Notes: a model not told the origin generated them from the sequence alone. 63,948 bases of DNA, filler included, from Dimargaris cristalligena (GCA_003614675.1; 4 parts of 4 records of this genome joined end to end with filler, not necessarily neighbours in it), one strand, 5' to 3'; numbered from the whole stretch's first letter, positions 1-13,934 are shown. Numbers and translations: made by a program.

Positions 1-329
1 GATAACTAAGTAGAGGGAAAGGGAGGGGAGTTCCCAGATAATAATATTAGTCATCACAAAGGATAGGTAATACTCGGGTAACCGATAAATTCAATATAAA
101 ATAATAGAAGGGAAAAAAGGAAAGGGAGAAGTCTATTTTTAGTTGTACTTTGAATAGGGGTGTAGTCCAGCCAGGGGCATTGTGAATGCAGGGGTACAGT
201 CCGGTCAGGTGCAGGGGTGCAGCTTAGTTAAGGGTATATAGGAAAATAAAATATACTAATAGAAAAAATATTATTACTAATAAAAATAGAGTAAAAATGA
301 CTATACTCATCAGGGGTGTACTTCTGATA

Positions 330-1675
330 AGTGTAAAAAATAGATAAAAAATAAAAGTAGGTAAAAATGTGGTAAGTTTACCACAGGAGGTATCCTAAAA
401 GGAGTACTACTAAGATTGATGTATAAGTCAATAGACTCACTAGGTCCTGGTAGTATCTGGAATACTCTGTTAGGAATTAAAAGAGTCTTCAGATAACCCC
501 TAGACTATGTAACAAGAAGACAGGGCTGGGACCTGGAAGGGTATTATATATAATAATACCATGGCTCTAAGTATAGTTATGGGAAAGGTAATATAATATA
601 ATAAGGCCTAATATAGTTGCAGCTGATTTAGTTGAATTAAGTCTAGTTAGTAGGTTTAATATCAATACTAAATCTTTAAAACAGTGGTCAGAACCTATCC
701 ATTTATTACTAGTACACACCTCCTCAATAATGCTGATGATTTGATTAGTCTTATAGTTAGGGACATAGTTATGTGAGGGGGTCCTGATTAGACTACATTT
801 TTAGTGAGCCTTGGCCTCAGGGGCACTGGATAATAAGTAGTGATACCACTGAGATACTGTAGTATACCATCCAACTATATTAGAGTAGTTCATATGATAC
901 CAGGAAAGGAGCCTTGGAGGAATTTGATTTGCTAATGTATTGAGGTAAATAGCCACATGCAGGGGCCATCTATACTTCAAAAAATAGATAGAGCCTGAAG
1001 AAGCTGGCTAATGAGTCTGGGCCCTTTTTCTGGGGCCAATTTGAGGGGGGGGATGGCTGCCACTATAATACCAACCCTTTATTTGTAAGGAGTATACTTT
1101 ATAAATTAGGGCATAGGGATGTCTTAAAGGCTAGTGTATAGATATCTATCTAAATCTAGAATTATATTTGAGGAGGGCTGGGAGCTGTACCCAAATCCCT
1201 ATAGTATAACTAATGCTGTTCTTAAAGTGGAAAGACACCAAGTAATTAATAACCAGCTGCTCACACCCACTTGGAAGTAGGTGAAATTTGCGGCCAGGTA
1301 CCTCTATCATAGATAACTCTACCACACTATCAAATAAGGACTTCATGGCCATGTCCATGTAGTTACTCCAGGTTATTAAATTCCAATATAGTTCTGTGAG
1401 GATAATATTGACCAAGGTTGAAAAAATTAGTATGTAGGAGGTGAATATTGGGTAAAGTGCCACTAAATTTGGCTCATAAGATGTTTGTTGGTTTGCACAG
1501 CCACTAGGATGGGTAGAATATTAGGGGGGGGTACAATATGAGGTACAAATAGCCATACCAAAGACCTACTGGATTTATAGTATGGACCCAAAGAGGGGGG
1601 AAGTAAAAAAATCCAACTTAAGACAGTATCCAGAGTCCCCAATGAAAAGACAACCATCCAGAATCAAGGCACCAT
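330..1675 (-). pseudogene. Decayed, CpG-depleted repeated sequence (pseudogene of a multicopy family, or TE relic)
   Basis: About one CpG in 241-1860 by eye. The minus strand gives protein-like frames broken by stops, starting ATG GTG CCT TGA TTC TGG ATG GTT GTC TTT (hydrophobic, signal-like). About 430-660 is similar to about 18110-18350 (ccatgg..ta.gt.t...tatgggaaag.taatat...ataaggcctaatat). Confidence 0.5.
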
Positions 1676-2275
1676 GTGATGGTGAATCTGACTGTGGTAG
1701 TCACTAACTAAACATCTTTAAAGTGGGAGGGAAACTAGGTGGGAATGAAGTAAAATATAAGAGGCTGACTAATATTTATGTGTTATGTTGATTATTTTGA
1801 TGTTTGTTGTTGGGGTTTCTGGTGAATGGGGGGCTAGGATATATTAATTATTTTTCCAGCCCTAATTCTCCCTTGATAATTGTTGCGGGTGGTCAATTGA
1901 AAGAGGTTAATGAACCACTAGTAGTCAAGAAATGCAGCCAGTCCATACCCCTCCACATCACTTGTGCCCGGGTGGATTTAACAGCCGGAATGAAATAATG
2001 TAGACAGCCTAGTCAACCCATTTTCAATGAATGCCAATGTTAAACTATAGACGGCCAGTAATAGGAGTGAAAGAAAGATGGAGAAAAATGGAGAAGATGT
2101 ACTGGACAGCTCAATCTCCAAATTGCCGGTGGTGTACCACCGGTACGGAGGTCTGTATTACTCTGGGGTAACTAAGTGGTATACTATGGCGCTTATATTC
2201 TCGATAGTTTTTCATACATTACGATAAAGCACTGTTGAATGGTGTTACCCTTAATATACCCCCCCCTCCTCCCCG

Positions 2276-2323
2276 CACACACACACACACACACACACTC
2301 TCTCTCTCTCTCTCTCTCTCTCT
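2276..2323. repeat. Compound microsatellite (CA)n(CT)n
   Basis: Read directly from the sequence. Confidence 0.95.
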
Positions 2324-3626
2324 TGACTAGCAGGGATAGCAGGTGACCACCCCCCCAGGCGTTTTTTTCATATCACGTTTTGACCATTTCCCCATGAAAT
2401 CGGATATACCCTGCTGCACTCAACACATCCCATCCGCATGGAATGAGTCGAATAAATCATAAGGCATGTATTTTTAAATGAGGCATTGATTAGCGGAGAG
2501 CTATGTTAACCCTCCTCCATCTTATCTTTTCATGATTTAGTGCCCCAATATTAAATAATACCATACCAGCTATATTCGCTAAGGTAGTCGCAGGTGTAAT
2601 GGTGAATTGGTTAATCGGATACTTCCGAAAGTAATACCGCTATTTTTTGCTTACTGGCCCTGACATGCATATCGGCCATCCAGGCTAGCATGTCGCAGCC
2701 CAAGTCTACGCTTGTGGTAAAGGAGGATTGTTGGTAACCCGTTTAGTGATAAGCGGGATCGGAGGGTATGATTTAGTATATTTTACCCCTGGCTCAAATC
2801 CACTCATTATTGGTGGGGGCAGTAGCCCTTGACCTCCACAGTTTACAGAATTATCGGGTGGGCCAAGTTTGCCTACTTCAACTGTACTTGAAATCGAGAA
2901 TTGATGGGAATAATAGTCCATCCAGCAGCATTAATATTATTTTTTATGAATATATATGTCCGTCGGATACGTATAGATAACCAGAATCTCGCCGATAACG
3001 CTGGGTGGAGAAATCCACGTGTCGATAGGTAGATATAGCAGTAGTTCGTCAGACGGGAGAGAGAGAGGGGGGGTGGAGTGGACCCTTACCAAACGTGTGG
3101 GGTTCGAAAGGAAATAAAAAACGATAAAATATAAGGAATGGTGAGGCAGATAAGACAGCGACAGCATAGTGAATGATATAAGGGAGGGTGGGAAGAAAGA
3201 AAGAGAGGTATAAAGGGGAGGGGGGTGCGGGTAAACATGACAAGTACACAAGTACATATAGTAGTTATGAATGGTATGAAGAGAGAGGGGGAGATATAGA
3301 GGTCGAATTCGGAAAGGTAGACAACGGAGCAGGAGAGCGCCCAGGCGAGGGACAGGTTTATAAGGGAGAGGCATACGCCATTCACGAAATAGAGGGATAC
3401 TATCCATTAAGATCCAGAAACCATAGTGAGCGGGAAACGGCGAAAGATGTAGCGAAGGCGGGATAGACCGAAATGAGAGGGGTAGAGAACCGGGATTCCG
3501 GGGATTAGAAATGCAATTAACGGCTGGAAAGCGTAGGCGGCACTCGGTGGTCGGTATTCGCAATAGTGGGTGGGAGGGTCTCTGCTCGGTGATGGTAGGC
3601 GAGTTTGATTGAGTACGGGTCGGCAG

Positions 3627-4847
3627 TTACAGGAAGTAGTCGGGGGTACGGCGAGTAACATGGGGCTCTCCTCGTCTCGGGGCGGGGTCGAACGGCAAAA
3701 AGGTATATTTCATGTGCTCGTCGAGCTCCATGATGGCGGCCTGGTTACCGCAGCGGTAGCAGTAATTCGGGGCACTGAAAATCGTCACCACGTTCTTGTC
3801 CTGCGACCAATTGTAGCCCTCCATCACCAGTTGGTGGGCGCGGGCAATCAAAGTCAGGCCGTTGCTTTGGTTGAAGGCTTCGGAAATGTCCTGGCCAAAC
3901 GTGTAGCCCGCTCCACGGGGGGAGATGCCCCAGCCCATCCGGTCGTCAGGGTCGGACCACAGCAGATCGCACATGGGTCCTTCGTGGGGCACTTCCTGGA
4001 TCCGGTCGAGGGTACGTATTTGGTCCAGGGTATCTACGGACGGCGACAGGCCTCCGTGCAGGCAAAAGATTTGGTTTTCTATGAGGGCGGTCAGGGGTAG
4101 GTAGTCGAAAAGTTCGGTAAAGTGCTTCCACACGTCGGCGTTGCCGTATTTGCGCAGACATTCGTCGTAGAAGCCGTAGACTTGGGTGATTTGCCTGCTC
4201 TCGTGGTTACCCCGGAGAATGGTGATGCGGTCCTTATAGCGGACCTTCATGGCCACCAGCAGTGTGACGGTTTCGACGGAGTAGTAGCCACGGTCGACAT
4301 AGTCACCCATGAACAGGTAGTTCGTGTCGGGGGAGTTACCGCCAATCTTGAACAGCTCGACTAAATCGTGGAACTGGCCGTGGATATCCCCGCAGACCGT
4401 GACGGGGCAGCGCACGGGCTGGACGTTGGACTCCTTTAGAAGGACTTCCTTGGCCTGGGGTGGGAGATGGAGTAGATGGAAGAGGAAGGAGGGAATGGGG
4501 CTGTCATGTGGTTAGAATAGGCGCACTATGGTGAAGGAGGGGGGTGCTGGCTTGGCCAGATGCATAATAGTAGCAGGTCGGGGTGGCCTGCATGAGGAGA
4601 GGTTGGCTGGAAACTACCCGACTACTGTGCCCTCTTTTCTTGGTCATCTAGGTAGCCGGCGGTCCAGCGGAGTTGGGGGCAGGATCAAATGCACAGCTGA
4701 GGGAAAGAGGGGCGATATAGGGTTCAAGCAAAGGCGGGCTGAATTTACCTTTTCGCATAGTTTCTTGACATCTTGCTCGGGGAGTTGCTTGCATTCGGAG
4801 AGATGTTGGATCCAGGAGTCCAAGGTCGGGATGTCGGAATTGTCCAT
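3627..4847 (-). CDS. PPH21: Serine/threonine protein phosphatase 2A catalytic subunit; exons 4847-4749 and 4454-3627; 308 aa
   Basis: PPP motifs [27 protein letters not shown] and the PP2A C-terminus TPDYFL. A phase-0 GT..AG intron joins LCEK|AKEVL. Confidence 0.97.
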
Positions 4848-6618
4848 CGAGTGCGGAGCTGGGAGAAGGGGTTGGGTCTAAACTAAGATGGGCCGGTTAG
4901 TAAGAAGAATATAAGAGGCTGAGGAAAACCGATACGAAGAACACAATACTCAAGAAATAATATATAAAAGGGAGAGAGTGTGTATTATATGGAGAGGGCT
5001 TGGACAAGAAAAGAAAGAAGGAGCACTAAAAGATGCAGATGGGCGATGGAAAAGCGAAGGAAAGGAAGGGAGAGAAGGAGGGGGGAAGGGAAAAGAGGAA
5101 GGCATACTACATGTTGAACGCAGTAAGTCCTCTCTCTCTCTCTCCCTAGCCTATCTATACTATGCCCTCCAGAAGAGCTGGGAGTGTATCCCGTTTTAAT
5201 GGGAAAGGGAAAACAAGGAAAGCACCCTCATTAAAATGGCGGCGCGGGTCCATTGTCCTCACTTCCTCTCTATACGTTCGTTTATCCAGCTACTATGTCC
5301 GCCCTATCGTTCGAGCTGAAGGGTCCTTCTCAAAAGCACAGCGCCATAGTTAAGGGGTGTCTTCCCTATACTGCTTACGCATCGGTCGTATAACCAGTCC
5401 ATTATTATTGTATGGTATACCGTGCCTCCCTGGGCCATTCCCGGCTCCCATACGGCTGGGAATAAAAGGCATTGGGGTATGCCTATTCATTCCTTCGACC
5501 CTAACTCCGGGTTTGTAGGCAGCCAACTTACAAATCCATATATTTAATTAACCCCGCTTTATTCTGTAACCCAACTAACTAACTTCTCGGTATTAGTGCA
5601 TTGTGTGCCAATATAACGGTGGATATGGAGCTCCCCCAGTGATAACAACAGCAGTGAGTGGCTATTTTTACCAGTGGGCTGTTTCGTCTCACCAAACAAA
5701 ACCACCATCGCTTGACCGCTAGGGTAAGGGATTGGGAGAAACCGGATCACGTGAATACTGCTCCTAGTCCTAGGGCAGCCCCACACAGTTAAAGCAATAT
5801 ACAACCACCATCACCCCCCTATTTAAGCAGTGGGTGGGTAGGTTTTACCAGACAGCCGGCTATAATATTATTGTACTATGTGGGCCTGGTTAGTCGGCAA
5901 TTGCTTAGGACATGGGGACCCTGGAATTTTCGGAGCATTCCCAATTACCACGTCACACACGCGTACATTTATTATTACTACGATGATAAAATGGTGCTTC
6001 AATAAAGAATAATATAGCGGTGGTATAGAATTATCAATCCTCTCCCTTTCCTCGGACCCCCCCATTTTGCACAGTACGGCCACATCACTGTAACGTCAGA
6101 CTATTTATATTAGCTTCTATTCTACGATCATTAAAATAGTCTACCAATGGGGGGGAGTGGTGTACCTACCTGCTTTCGGTCCCAAGTCAGCGGTTTCGTC
6201 ATCTGAGGAAAATGATACGCCTAAAGGCTGCTGCGCCCTAGGTGCCTATAATACTCTACAAGGCGAGTATTTTCCATAGTGCGCGCGGTGTCGGCGCTGG
6301 CTGGTTTCTCTATTTAATCAAACAACCTTCGCGCCGCACTGGTCTTACTTTTTCTGGTCCATCTCATCTACTCCGGTTACACTCTACATGTAACCACTCC
6401 TCCCTCTCCCGTCCGCCCGTATTTAAAATCCCCCCAGCCCTTTCAATCCGCCCGCCACCTCCTTTCTTTCCTAACTAACTCATTTTATCTTATACACTTA
6501 TTGTGTATCTGTATCATCGCATACCCATTATATAATATCCTCTCGTTTATATTCTCTTTAGCCACTGCCCAACCCCACCGGCTGTGTAACTCGGTCGAAT
6601 TAACTGCATACTATAACC

Positions 6619-8034
6619 ATGATGTCCTCCTTCCTGCGCCCCGCTTGCTTCGCTACCGCCTCCGTGCGTCGCTCCCTAGTGGTGTCCAACAGCGCCCGCC
6701 ACCTGGCCTGTGCCCGTACTCTTCTGGCTCCCTTCGGAAGGTAAATAAATTACCCGAATGTCTTTTATTGAGTTACTGTATATGATGGGGTGAATGTCCT
6801 GTGTGATTGTGTTTTATCACCAGCAGCTGCCCTGTGGTAAGGTGAGACTGACTTTAGGTCGCAGTAGAGTTTAGTGTAGCTGGTGATGTAGTAGTAGTAG
6901 TAGTATTAGTAGTGGACGGGAACTTCTTTATGGTTTACTATGATGACAGCCATATAGTAGCCAGTCACTGGACAAAGACTATAGAGACCACTTACCCCCC
7001 ACTTCGTTAGTTATAGACCATATAGAGAGTAATGTAATAACAACAGTCACCTTTAACCTGTGCAATCCCCTCTTTGTCGTGCTTGTGGAACAAAACGAAC
7101 TGGTGTGGGGGGGATTCACGCTTTTACCCGCCGGTTCTAATAGTGCCTGTGCTTCCTTCCACACTCGAACATGCCTTGCTGCGCAAAACTCCAACCATAA
7201 CAGCGAGATGAGCGATAACGATCCCAATCGTATTGAACATGCCAAAGAAAAACTATTAGAAGGTAAGGAAGCTACGGAAAACCCCCAAAAATAGAAGGCG
7301 TGGGGTATAGAGGGGCCCTTTCTCCTGGTAATATACATATGGTGTCTCAATTGGAGGAGAGTTCAGAAGTTGGGATTGGATTTTAGCCTAGAGCTTCAGC
7401 GGTGGAATTACTATTATCGCTGGATTTAGCTGCTATACTGCTCTTTAACCACCTATTTTATACACCTCCGTCTTTTTCCATATTCATGGTACTAATGGCT
7501 GAATGATCCAATGTGGCACACCCCCCGTCGTCATTAATACGGTTTTTCTATATGGTTAGGCCAAGTCAAGAGCCCCTTCGCCAACGCCCCCGGCTGGAGT
7601 GAAACCCTGGCTACCGAATCCGAGGCTAGCGTAAGTGATATTAGGAGTTCCTCCCTTAATAGTATATATTATAAATTAACATATATATTCACTCAATGTG
7701 TTGTCATTGTTTGGCACCGTTGAAAATGCGGGTTTCCGTTGCTGATCGGCAGGGCAGTTCAGTTAGCTTACAGCAAAGCGACGGGAACTAAATAACCCCA
7801 TTTCTCCCTTTTCCGCATCCGCCAGTCTCATGAAAAAGGGGGTGCAAATTAGTGGCAATTAATTTAAGGTTACAAATGACAAACTAAACCCGTAATATAT
7901 TTTCCTTGGTTTACTCCATTTTTATTTAATTTTTTTTACATGTTATTCTTCAGGTCAAGGCCGACGAAAGCAACCCCGAATCCTTCCACTCCATGCAGCG
8001 CGAAACGATCGAGTATGTTCATGAAGAACACTAA
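6619..8034 (+). CDS. Small conserved fungal protein with mitochondrial presequence; exons 6619-6740, 7144-7262, 7560-7630, 7954-8034; about 130 aa
   Basis: Four exons with GT..AG junctions and consistent phases. Arg/Ser-rich acid-free N-terminus (MMSSFLRPACFATASVRRSL), then MSDNDPNRIEHAKEKLLEG and APGWSETLATESEASVKAD, which resemble a conserved fungal family of unknown function. Confidence 0.8.
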
Positions 8035-9395
8035 GAAGGAGAGGGAAGGATGTTCTCCATCTTCATTCCTATCCACATTGACGCCTACATTTTTTCCCGT
8101 TGGCCATTTTCTTTTCAGCTGAACTAGTATAGTATGGCAGCCCCGCCGCCGTATTAGTTTATTTTCGGCTATTTTATATTTCTGCTCATATATATATATA
8201 TATATCGCCCCAATTCCAATGATTCGTTCCCAGGCCAAGCGAGTCGGGGCTGCGAAATAAATTTATAGTTCTGACCCGAGGATATTTAGATTACAAAGGT
8301 GGAAGAAGGGTGTGTCGAAGGTGTATGTAGAGAGGGGTGGCAAAAGACGAGTTACTGGCAATTTTAGCAATATAAGGGGGGATAATGTCCATCGATCGCC
8401 ATTAAAGGGATAGAGATCATCCTTCCAATCTCAATTAGGGGAAATTTGGTTTCAAAAGCGACAGGAACGAAAGGGTAAAGGAGGGAGGGAAGGGGATTGA
8501 TTGGCTGGGCCAGTTGAAGTGTGGAGAAGACGAGCGGCCCCAAACAGAGGGTCTTTAGGGAGATGGTGGTACATTTACGAGGGTGAGTTGGGTGGTAAAA
8601 TAGCCAAAAGACAAATCAAAAATAGCTTAGCCCATCTACACGACTTAAATGGCTTGAGGAGGGCGGGGTATATAGTGTTTAACCACCTGGATTGCTGCCG
8701 TGTGTATGTATATGTGTATGTATGTGTAAAATGAAGGAGAGGGGGGGATGATGTACGTGATCAGAATGCAGGTAGTTGGGGCTGGGGGATGTCCGCCATA
8801 ACAGAAGCTCCATAGGCAAGTGTGTATTTGTATTATAGGATAGGGTAGAGTGTTTTGGTGATTAGTAGAAGGGGATTGGGAGAGTCACCCTCACCATAGC
8901 GGAGAGGAGGAGGAGTACAAGGAGAGAGGGGAATCCCTGATGTTCCCTGAGGGAGTAATAGTTGGTCATCCTCAGGTGTTGTTGCTCTGTGAATAGTCTC
9001 ATCGGAGAGTAGGATAAAGTGTGCACGTGATGCTCTATGATTAGGGAAAGGGTAGCAGCAGCCCTGTCCTCTCTATTTGGGATTGGGACTACGACCATAC
9101 TAAGAAGGAGGGCTTTTTCCTGTGCGTGTGTGAGAGAGAGGGGGAGAGAGAGACTCTATTCCCTTTGTTCGCCTCTCACGCTCACCGGGTCCCCTCCTCC
9201 TTCTCTTTCCCTCTGTGGATGAACACACCCTCTCTTTCCTCTAGTAGTGTCATCTCCCCGTAGCCGTCGTCCCTGGTCTCCACGTCCTGCATTCGTCGCT
9301 ATTTCCCTTTCCTCTCCTTCCCATCTCGTTCTTGGCCCTCTGTAGTCCGCTTGCCTTCCCTATCCATATCACTATAACTCTCTCTATATACACAC

Positions 9396-10984
9396 ATGTC
9401 CCTACGCAAGAAGCGCAATCTAAAGGGCTTGGCCCTCGACCAGTCCCCCATCGTCGGCAGCCAGGCCGAGTCTAAGGACGCTCCCCTAAACGATCTGGAA
9501 ATCGGCGTCGAACTGCGTTTGGACCTCCGCACCGAAGACCTGAAACACGTCGATGAGCTCGGCAGCGGTAACGGTGGGGTGGTCAACAAAGTGCTGCACG
9601 TCCCCACCAACACCATTATGGCCCGGAAGGTAGGATGCTTTATTACTGCTACTGCTTTAGCACCACCTCCCCCTCCTTTGGAGATTATTGTTTTGAGGCT
9701 CAGTGAAGATAGCCTGCGGACGACCTATAGGGTATCTATTGGTATTAGTTTTGGGGAGCGCGCTGTCTTCCAGTAGTGGATGTAGGAGGTACATATATGT
9801 AGTATAGCTCAGTTAGTGGTGGACGACTCCCTTCCCTCGTCTATGTGTCCCTGATGTATTATCTCTCTCCGCTATCATCGCGTGTACCGTGCCGGTGGTT
9901 GGCCAGTCCCCAAACCCTGTAGAGCCAACTGCCTCCCACGCATTGCCATATCATCTAATCGCTATCATCCCTCCTCTATATACCTCACACATCTCGCACC
10001 ATTAAAAACAACCCCAATCCAGGTCATTCATGTCGACGCCAACCCCAATGTGCGCAAGCAAATTATCCGGGAGCTCCAAATCCTCCACGACTGCAATTCC
10101 CCCCATATTGTTTCATTTTACGGCGCCTTCATGACCGGTGGCGATATTTGTTTGTGTATGGAGTATATGGATTTGGGCTCCTTTGACCGAATTTACAAAA
10201 AGAATGGCCCCATCCCAATGAACATCGTCGGCAAAACCAGTTGCGCGGTAAGTACTGCTTCCATTTAGCACCCGATTGACTGGCATAGTGTTATTGTATA
10301 ATTATCCGTAGGTAAAACTACTCCATAAACAAATATAGCCTCATCGATTGGGAGAGGAGGGGGTCATTTATAATCAAATATTCCATCAACTCAAGGCCTC
10401 TTTTGTGCCCACTTTATTCGTCACACTAACCGCCCCACCAACTATTCTCCCTACCACCCATTCCGCCCCTCTAGGTTCTCGACGGCCTGATTTACTTGTA
10501 CGATAAACACCGCATTATTCACCGGGATGTCAAACCATCGAACATTCTCATGAACTCGTCCGGTCTCATTAAAATTTGCGATTTCGGAGTGTCGGGGGTC
10601 TTGATCAACTCCATGGCCTCGACCTTCGTGGGTACGAGCAACTACATGTCCCCGGAACGAATCAAGGGGGCCACCTACACCGTCAAGTCCGATGTGTGGA
10701 GTCTCGGTCTGACCCTGATGGAACTGGCCCTCGGCCGGTTCCCCTTCCCCGAAGGAAGCGCCATGTCCGTATTCGAGCTGATGCAATTCATCGTCAACGA
10801 ACCCTCCCCCACCCTGCCCGCCGACCAGTTCCCCGTGCCTTTTGTCGAGTTTTGTAACGCCTGTTTGCTGAAGGACCCCGATCAGCGGCCGACCCCTAAG
10901 CAACTGATGGAGCTATCACCATTCGCTAAAATGGCCGCCGCCGAAAAGGTGGATGTTGAGAGCTGGTCGCGTACCCTAGTCTAG
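9396..10984 (+). CDS. STE7: MAP kinase kinase (Ste7/Byr1/Fuz7, MEK1-like); exons 9396-9629, 10023-10247, 10475-10984; 322 aa
   Basis: N-terminal docking motif [17 protein letters not shown] loop, [11 protein letters not shown], activation loop [23 protein letters not shown]. Two phase-0 GT..AG introns. Confidence 0.93.
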
Positions 10985-13790
10985 TGTAAAATCCGACCCT
11001 CCCTCCCCTAACCCTCCGCCATTAGGTAAACTTGGAGCAATTAACCCTCTCATTAACATCGCCCCTCCCCTTCTTCTCTCGCTTATAGCCGCCTTCTTCT
11101 GCTACTCCATTTTATTTTGGTTGTTGTTTTTTTATTTTTACCTACACCACATTGCCGATAACTTGTATCGAAAGTTTTTTTTTTACTATTACTATATACG
11201 TTTTTACTGTTGCTTCATCATGTTGCGTTTGATTCCAAATAACGATTCATCATCACACTATCCGTGTTTCCCAGCTTTCCCCGTCTCTTAGTATTATTAT
11301 TACTATTACTATTATTTCCATTACCACCATTATTATTACTATTCCGCCACCACCTTCACCTTCCTACTAGGGAGGTCCTCTTTATTTCCCTGGCCCTCGA
11401 TATTCCAAGGTGGCGTCAAGAATGGTTGAGGGATATCCGTTCCTTCTCCCCCACCGTCCCCATCCTCCACCCAACCGGGAAGCCCTTGTGATCTACTTTC
11501 AGGACCGAATACTTAATAATCGCCACCTCCCACTCTCTTATTTCCGTGATAACCCACCGGGTATAGTGCAATGGCTCAAGTGTGAGGAAAGGGAGAGCAC
11601 CTGTGTAATCGATTACGCCCAAATAAAAATGCCGCCCTGCTGAGTGTGCCCCATTTACTCCTCCTGTTTTTTTTTTAAAAAAAAAATGTAAATAAAATGG
11701 CGAGTACCAGTGACTTACTTTGGCCAACAGGGCCCAATGCAATAGATCCGATTATTTTTGGCATAACATGGTTCCTGCGGGCTTTATAATAAGCCCGGAA
11801 GCGCTGGCACTAGCCTGTATTAGACTAGATTTGGATGGGGTTTGCCTGGTTTCTTTCGGGAGGAATTAGGCATAGTAGCCCTTTCTTTGAGGATAATTTC
11901 ACAGTGGTGGGGGTGTAGGAGATAATTGTGAGATTCCTCTCCAAAATATATACCCATCAGTGGGATGATTATATATTATATAATAAGGGTGGATGGGTGT
12001 TTTAAATTCCTAATTCTGGGTACAACTCCCCATCCCCAATCAGGTATTAAATTTTTTATCCTCTCCAAAAAAAATTAATTAACTGAGAGAAAGAGAACGA
12101 TATGTGAAAAAACCATAGCTAAGCATCCGACCGACCAATTGGTAATCTTAGTAGGCTCAGCTTGTTTCACGGCTGGGTACATAACAGAGGGCTGTCTGCT
12201 GCTTCTCTGATTAACCTACTTTCCTCTCCCTTATCCTTGTATAGTGTATCATTATTAATATTTATGTTATTCCGTCTAAATAACTCACATCCCTCTTTAG
12301 TAACGGTAAGTCTTCGGCATTCGCCTACGGATTCCTGGACCATTCGGCGCTTCAACTAATTTAACTGATGAGCAGTAGGGGTTATCTACTCACAATTTTC
12401 TGACACCTCTAAACTGAGTTTCGTGTGGAGTGAGGGGATTCACGGGGGATTCTCCTCTGCCCCTCCTTCGCCGGTGATCTGAAAACCTACTCTGAAATTC
12501 TTGAACAATTCCCTCTGTGTTTACAAGAGGGCGGTGGTCCATCTTTGGCCTTTAAACATATTTCTGAACCGCGCGATTCGCCTATTCATGATCAGTATGT
12601 CCAGTAACTAATCGTACTCCTTCGTAATCTCCGCCCCATGGTTTGTTACTTGAATCCACCTCATAGATTCTCCCGTGGCAGTCTCTTTCAGCTAGGAATA
12701 CAATCATTCAGTTTTATTCTAACATTGCCTTTTACCACGGTTGTGCTTTCGTAGGGTTGTAAATAGTCAATAAACACACTTCTACTTTTATTTCTAAAGA
12801 GTGCCTCCCCTGCTAATTTGATTGAAAATAATTTAGAGGCGTCCTGTCGGGGTAGTGAGTGGAATCCATTACTGGGGTTGGGTATTTGTGAACTGTATAC
12901 TTAGTTAAAGACCCTAGTGTTCAAGACCCAACGGAGGATCAAAGGGCAGTGTGAATTTTGCTGAGTGCTGGAAATTGACACAAGAATTACCAACCGTTTA
13001 AGGTCCTAAATAGTTCCACCAGAGGTGTACTACTTGTGTGCGAAGTAGCCTGTGACTTGAATAGAACGGAAATACCCCCCTCCCCCATTGTTATGTTTTA
13101 AGCATTTTGATTCACCCCAATGAAAAAGTCTTCTATGTAAGCATGACTCGCCTGGCTGGCCTTTCGTGGTTGTTGACCACATCCACTAACATACTGTTCC
13201 CGTCATTTCTCGGGTGGGTTGCTTACGCTCAGCATAATTATAAGGCGTTGAACGCGGCTGTAATAGGAACGCAGACTAGTTAATGTACTCTTGACCTATA
13301 GAGGTTGAGACCGTGCCAATAGGGTAGTTATGTCGAAGCCGAGCTGAATCTATTGATTCCATAGTGTTGTTTTGACAAAGGAGCGGTCAGTTGCATACCA
13401 TTATGAATGCAATGAAAAGGGAGAAGTAGCGTCAGCAAATACACAAGCTCCCCTATTTCCTAAAGTCCCCCTAAGGGGCGATAGACTATAGGGTACATAC
13501 AATTACTCAGCCCTCTGGTGTTACATTGGTGGACTTTGCTTACCTCTTTGGGGTACAGGCATTGCATCCGAATGAAACAAGGCCTGGTTACCGCTACTCT
13601 ATGTTCGTGTAGATTTACGGTGCTGGCCGAGACTAACCTGGCGGCAAAGATACACGGTGTCCTTTTATTATTCTGACATTAGTGAAGGATAGGGAGAGGG
13701 GGAGAGAGACAAAAAGGGCCAGTGCGCATTTTGGAGCTCGTGAACCATACGGCCGTCTAGGAAAATACCTGAAAAAGGAACACCTGCTCC

Positions 13791-13934
13791 ATGTGGGTGA
13801 TATTCGGCCCAGCTGAATGGGGATTTAAATGATAAGTGCACGAAAAAATGGGCGAGTGATTCATTTCTAGCCAGTAGTATTTTCCTCATCCAATGGATTT
13901 TTCGTTATACAGCCTGGTTGAACCTCTCCCATGT
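13791..13934. mobile_element. MITE-like element, most divergent copy (144 bp)
   Basis: Shares cctcatccaatggatttttc.ttatacagcctg and its termini with the copies at 37067-37210 and 54165-54305. Confidence 0.6.

Noticed and set aside
2937-3563. 208-aa ORF and overlapping short ORFs downstream of PP2A
   Set aside because: Low-complexity pyrimidine-rich 3'UTR-type sequence with no domain.
3609-4100. Antisense or alternate-frame ORFs over PP2A (likewise over MAP2K, CDC16, the P450 and the Argonautes)
   Set aside because: Shadow ORFs produced by GC-rich codon bias of the real genes.
12363-12420. CTGATGAG...CTGA segment resembling a hammerhead core or a C/D snoRNA
   Set aside because: No GAAA after the putative stem II, box C lacks the leading purine, the element is short and I see no convincing rRNA guide.
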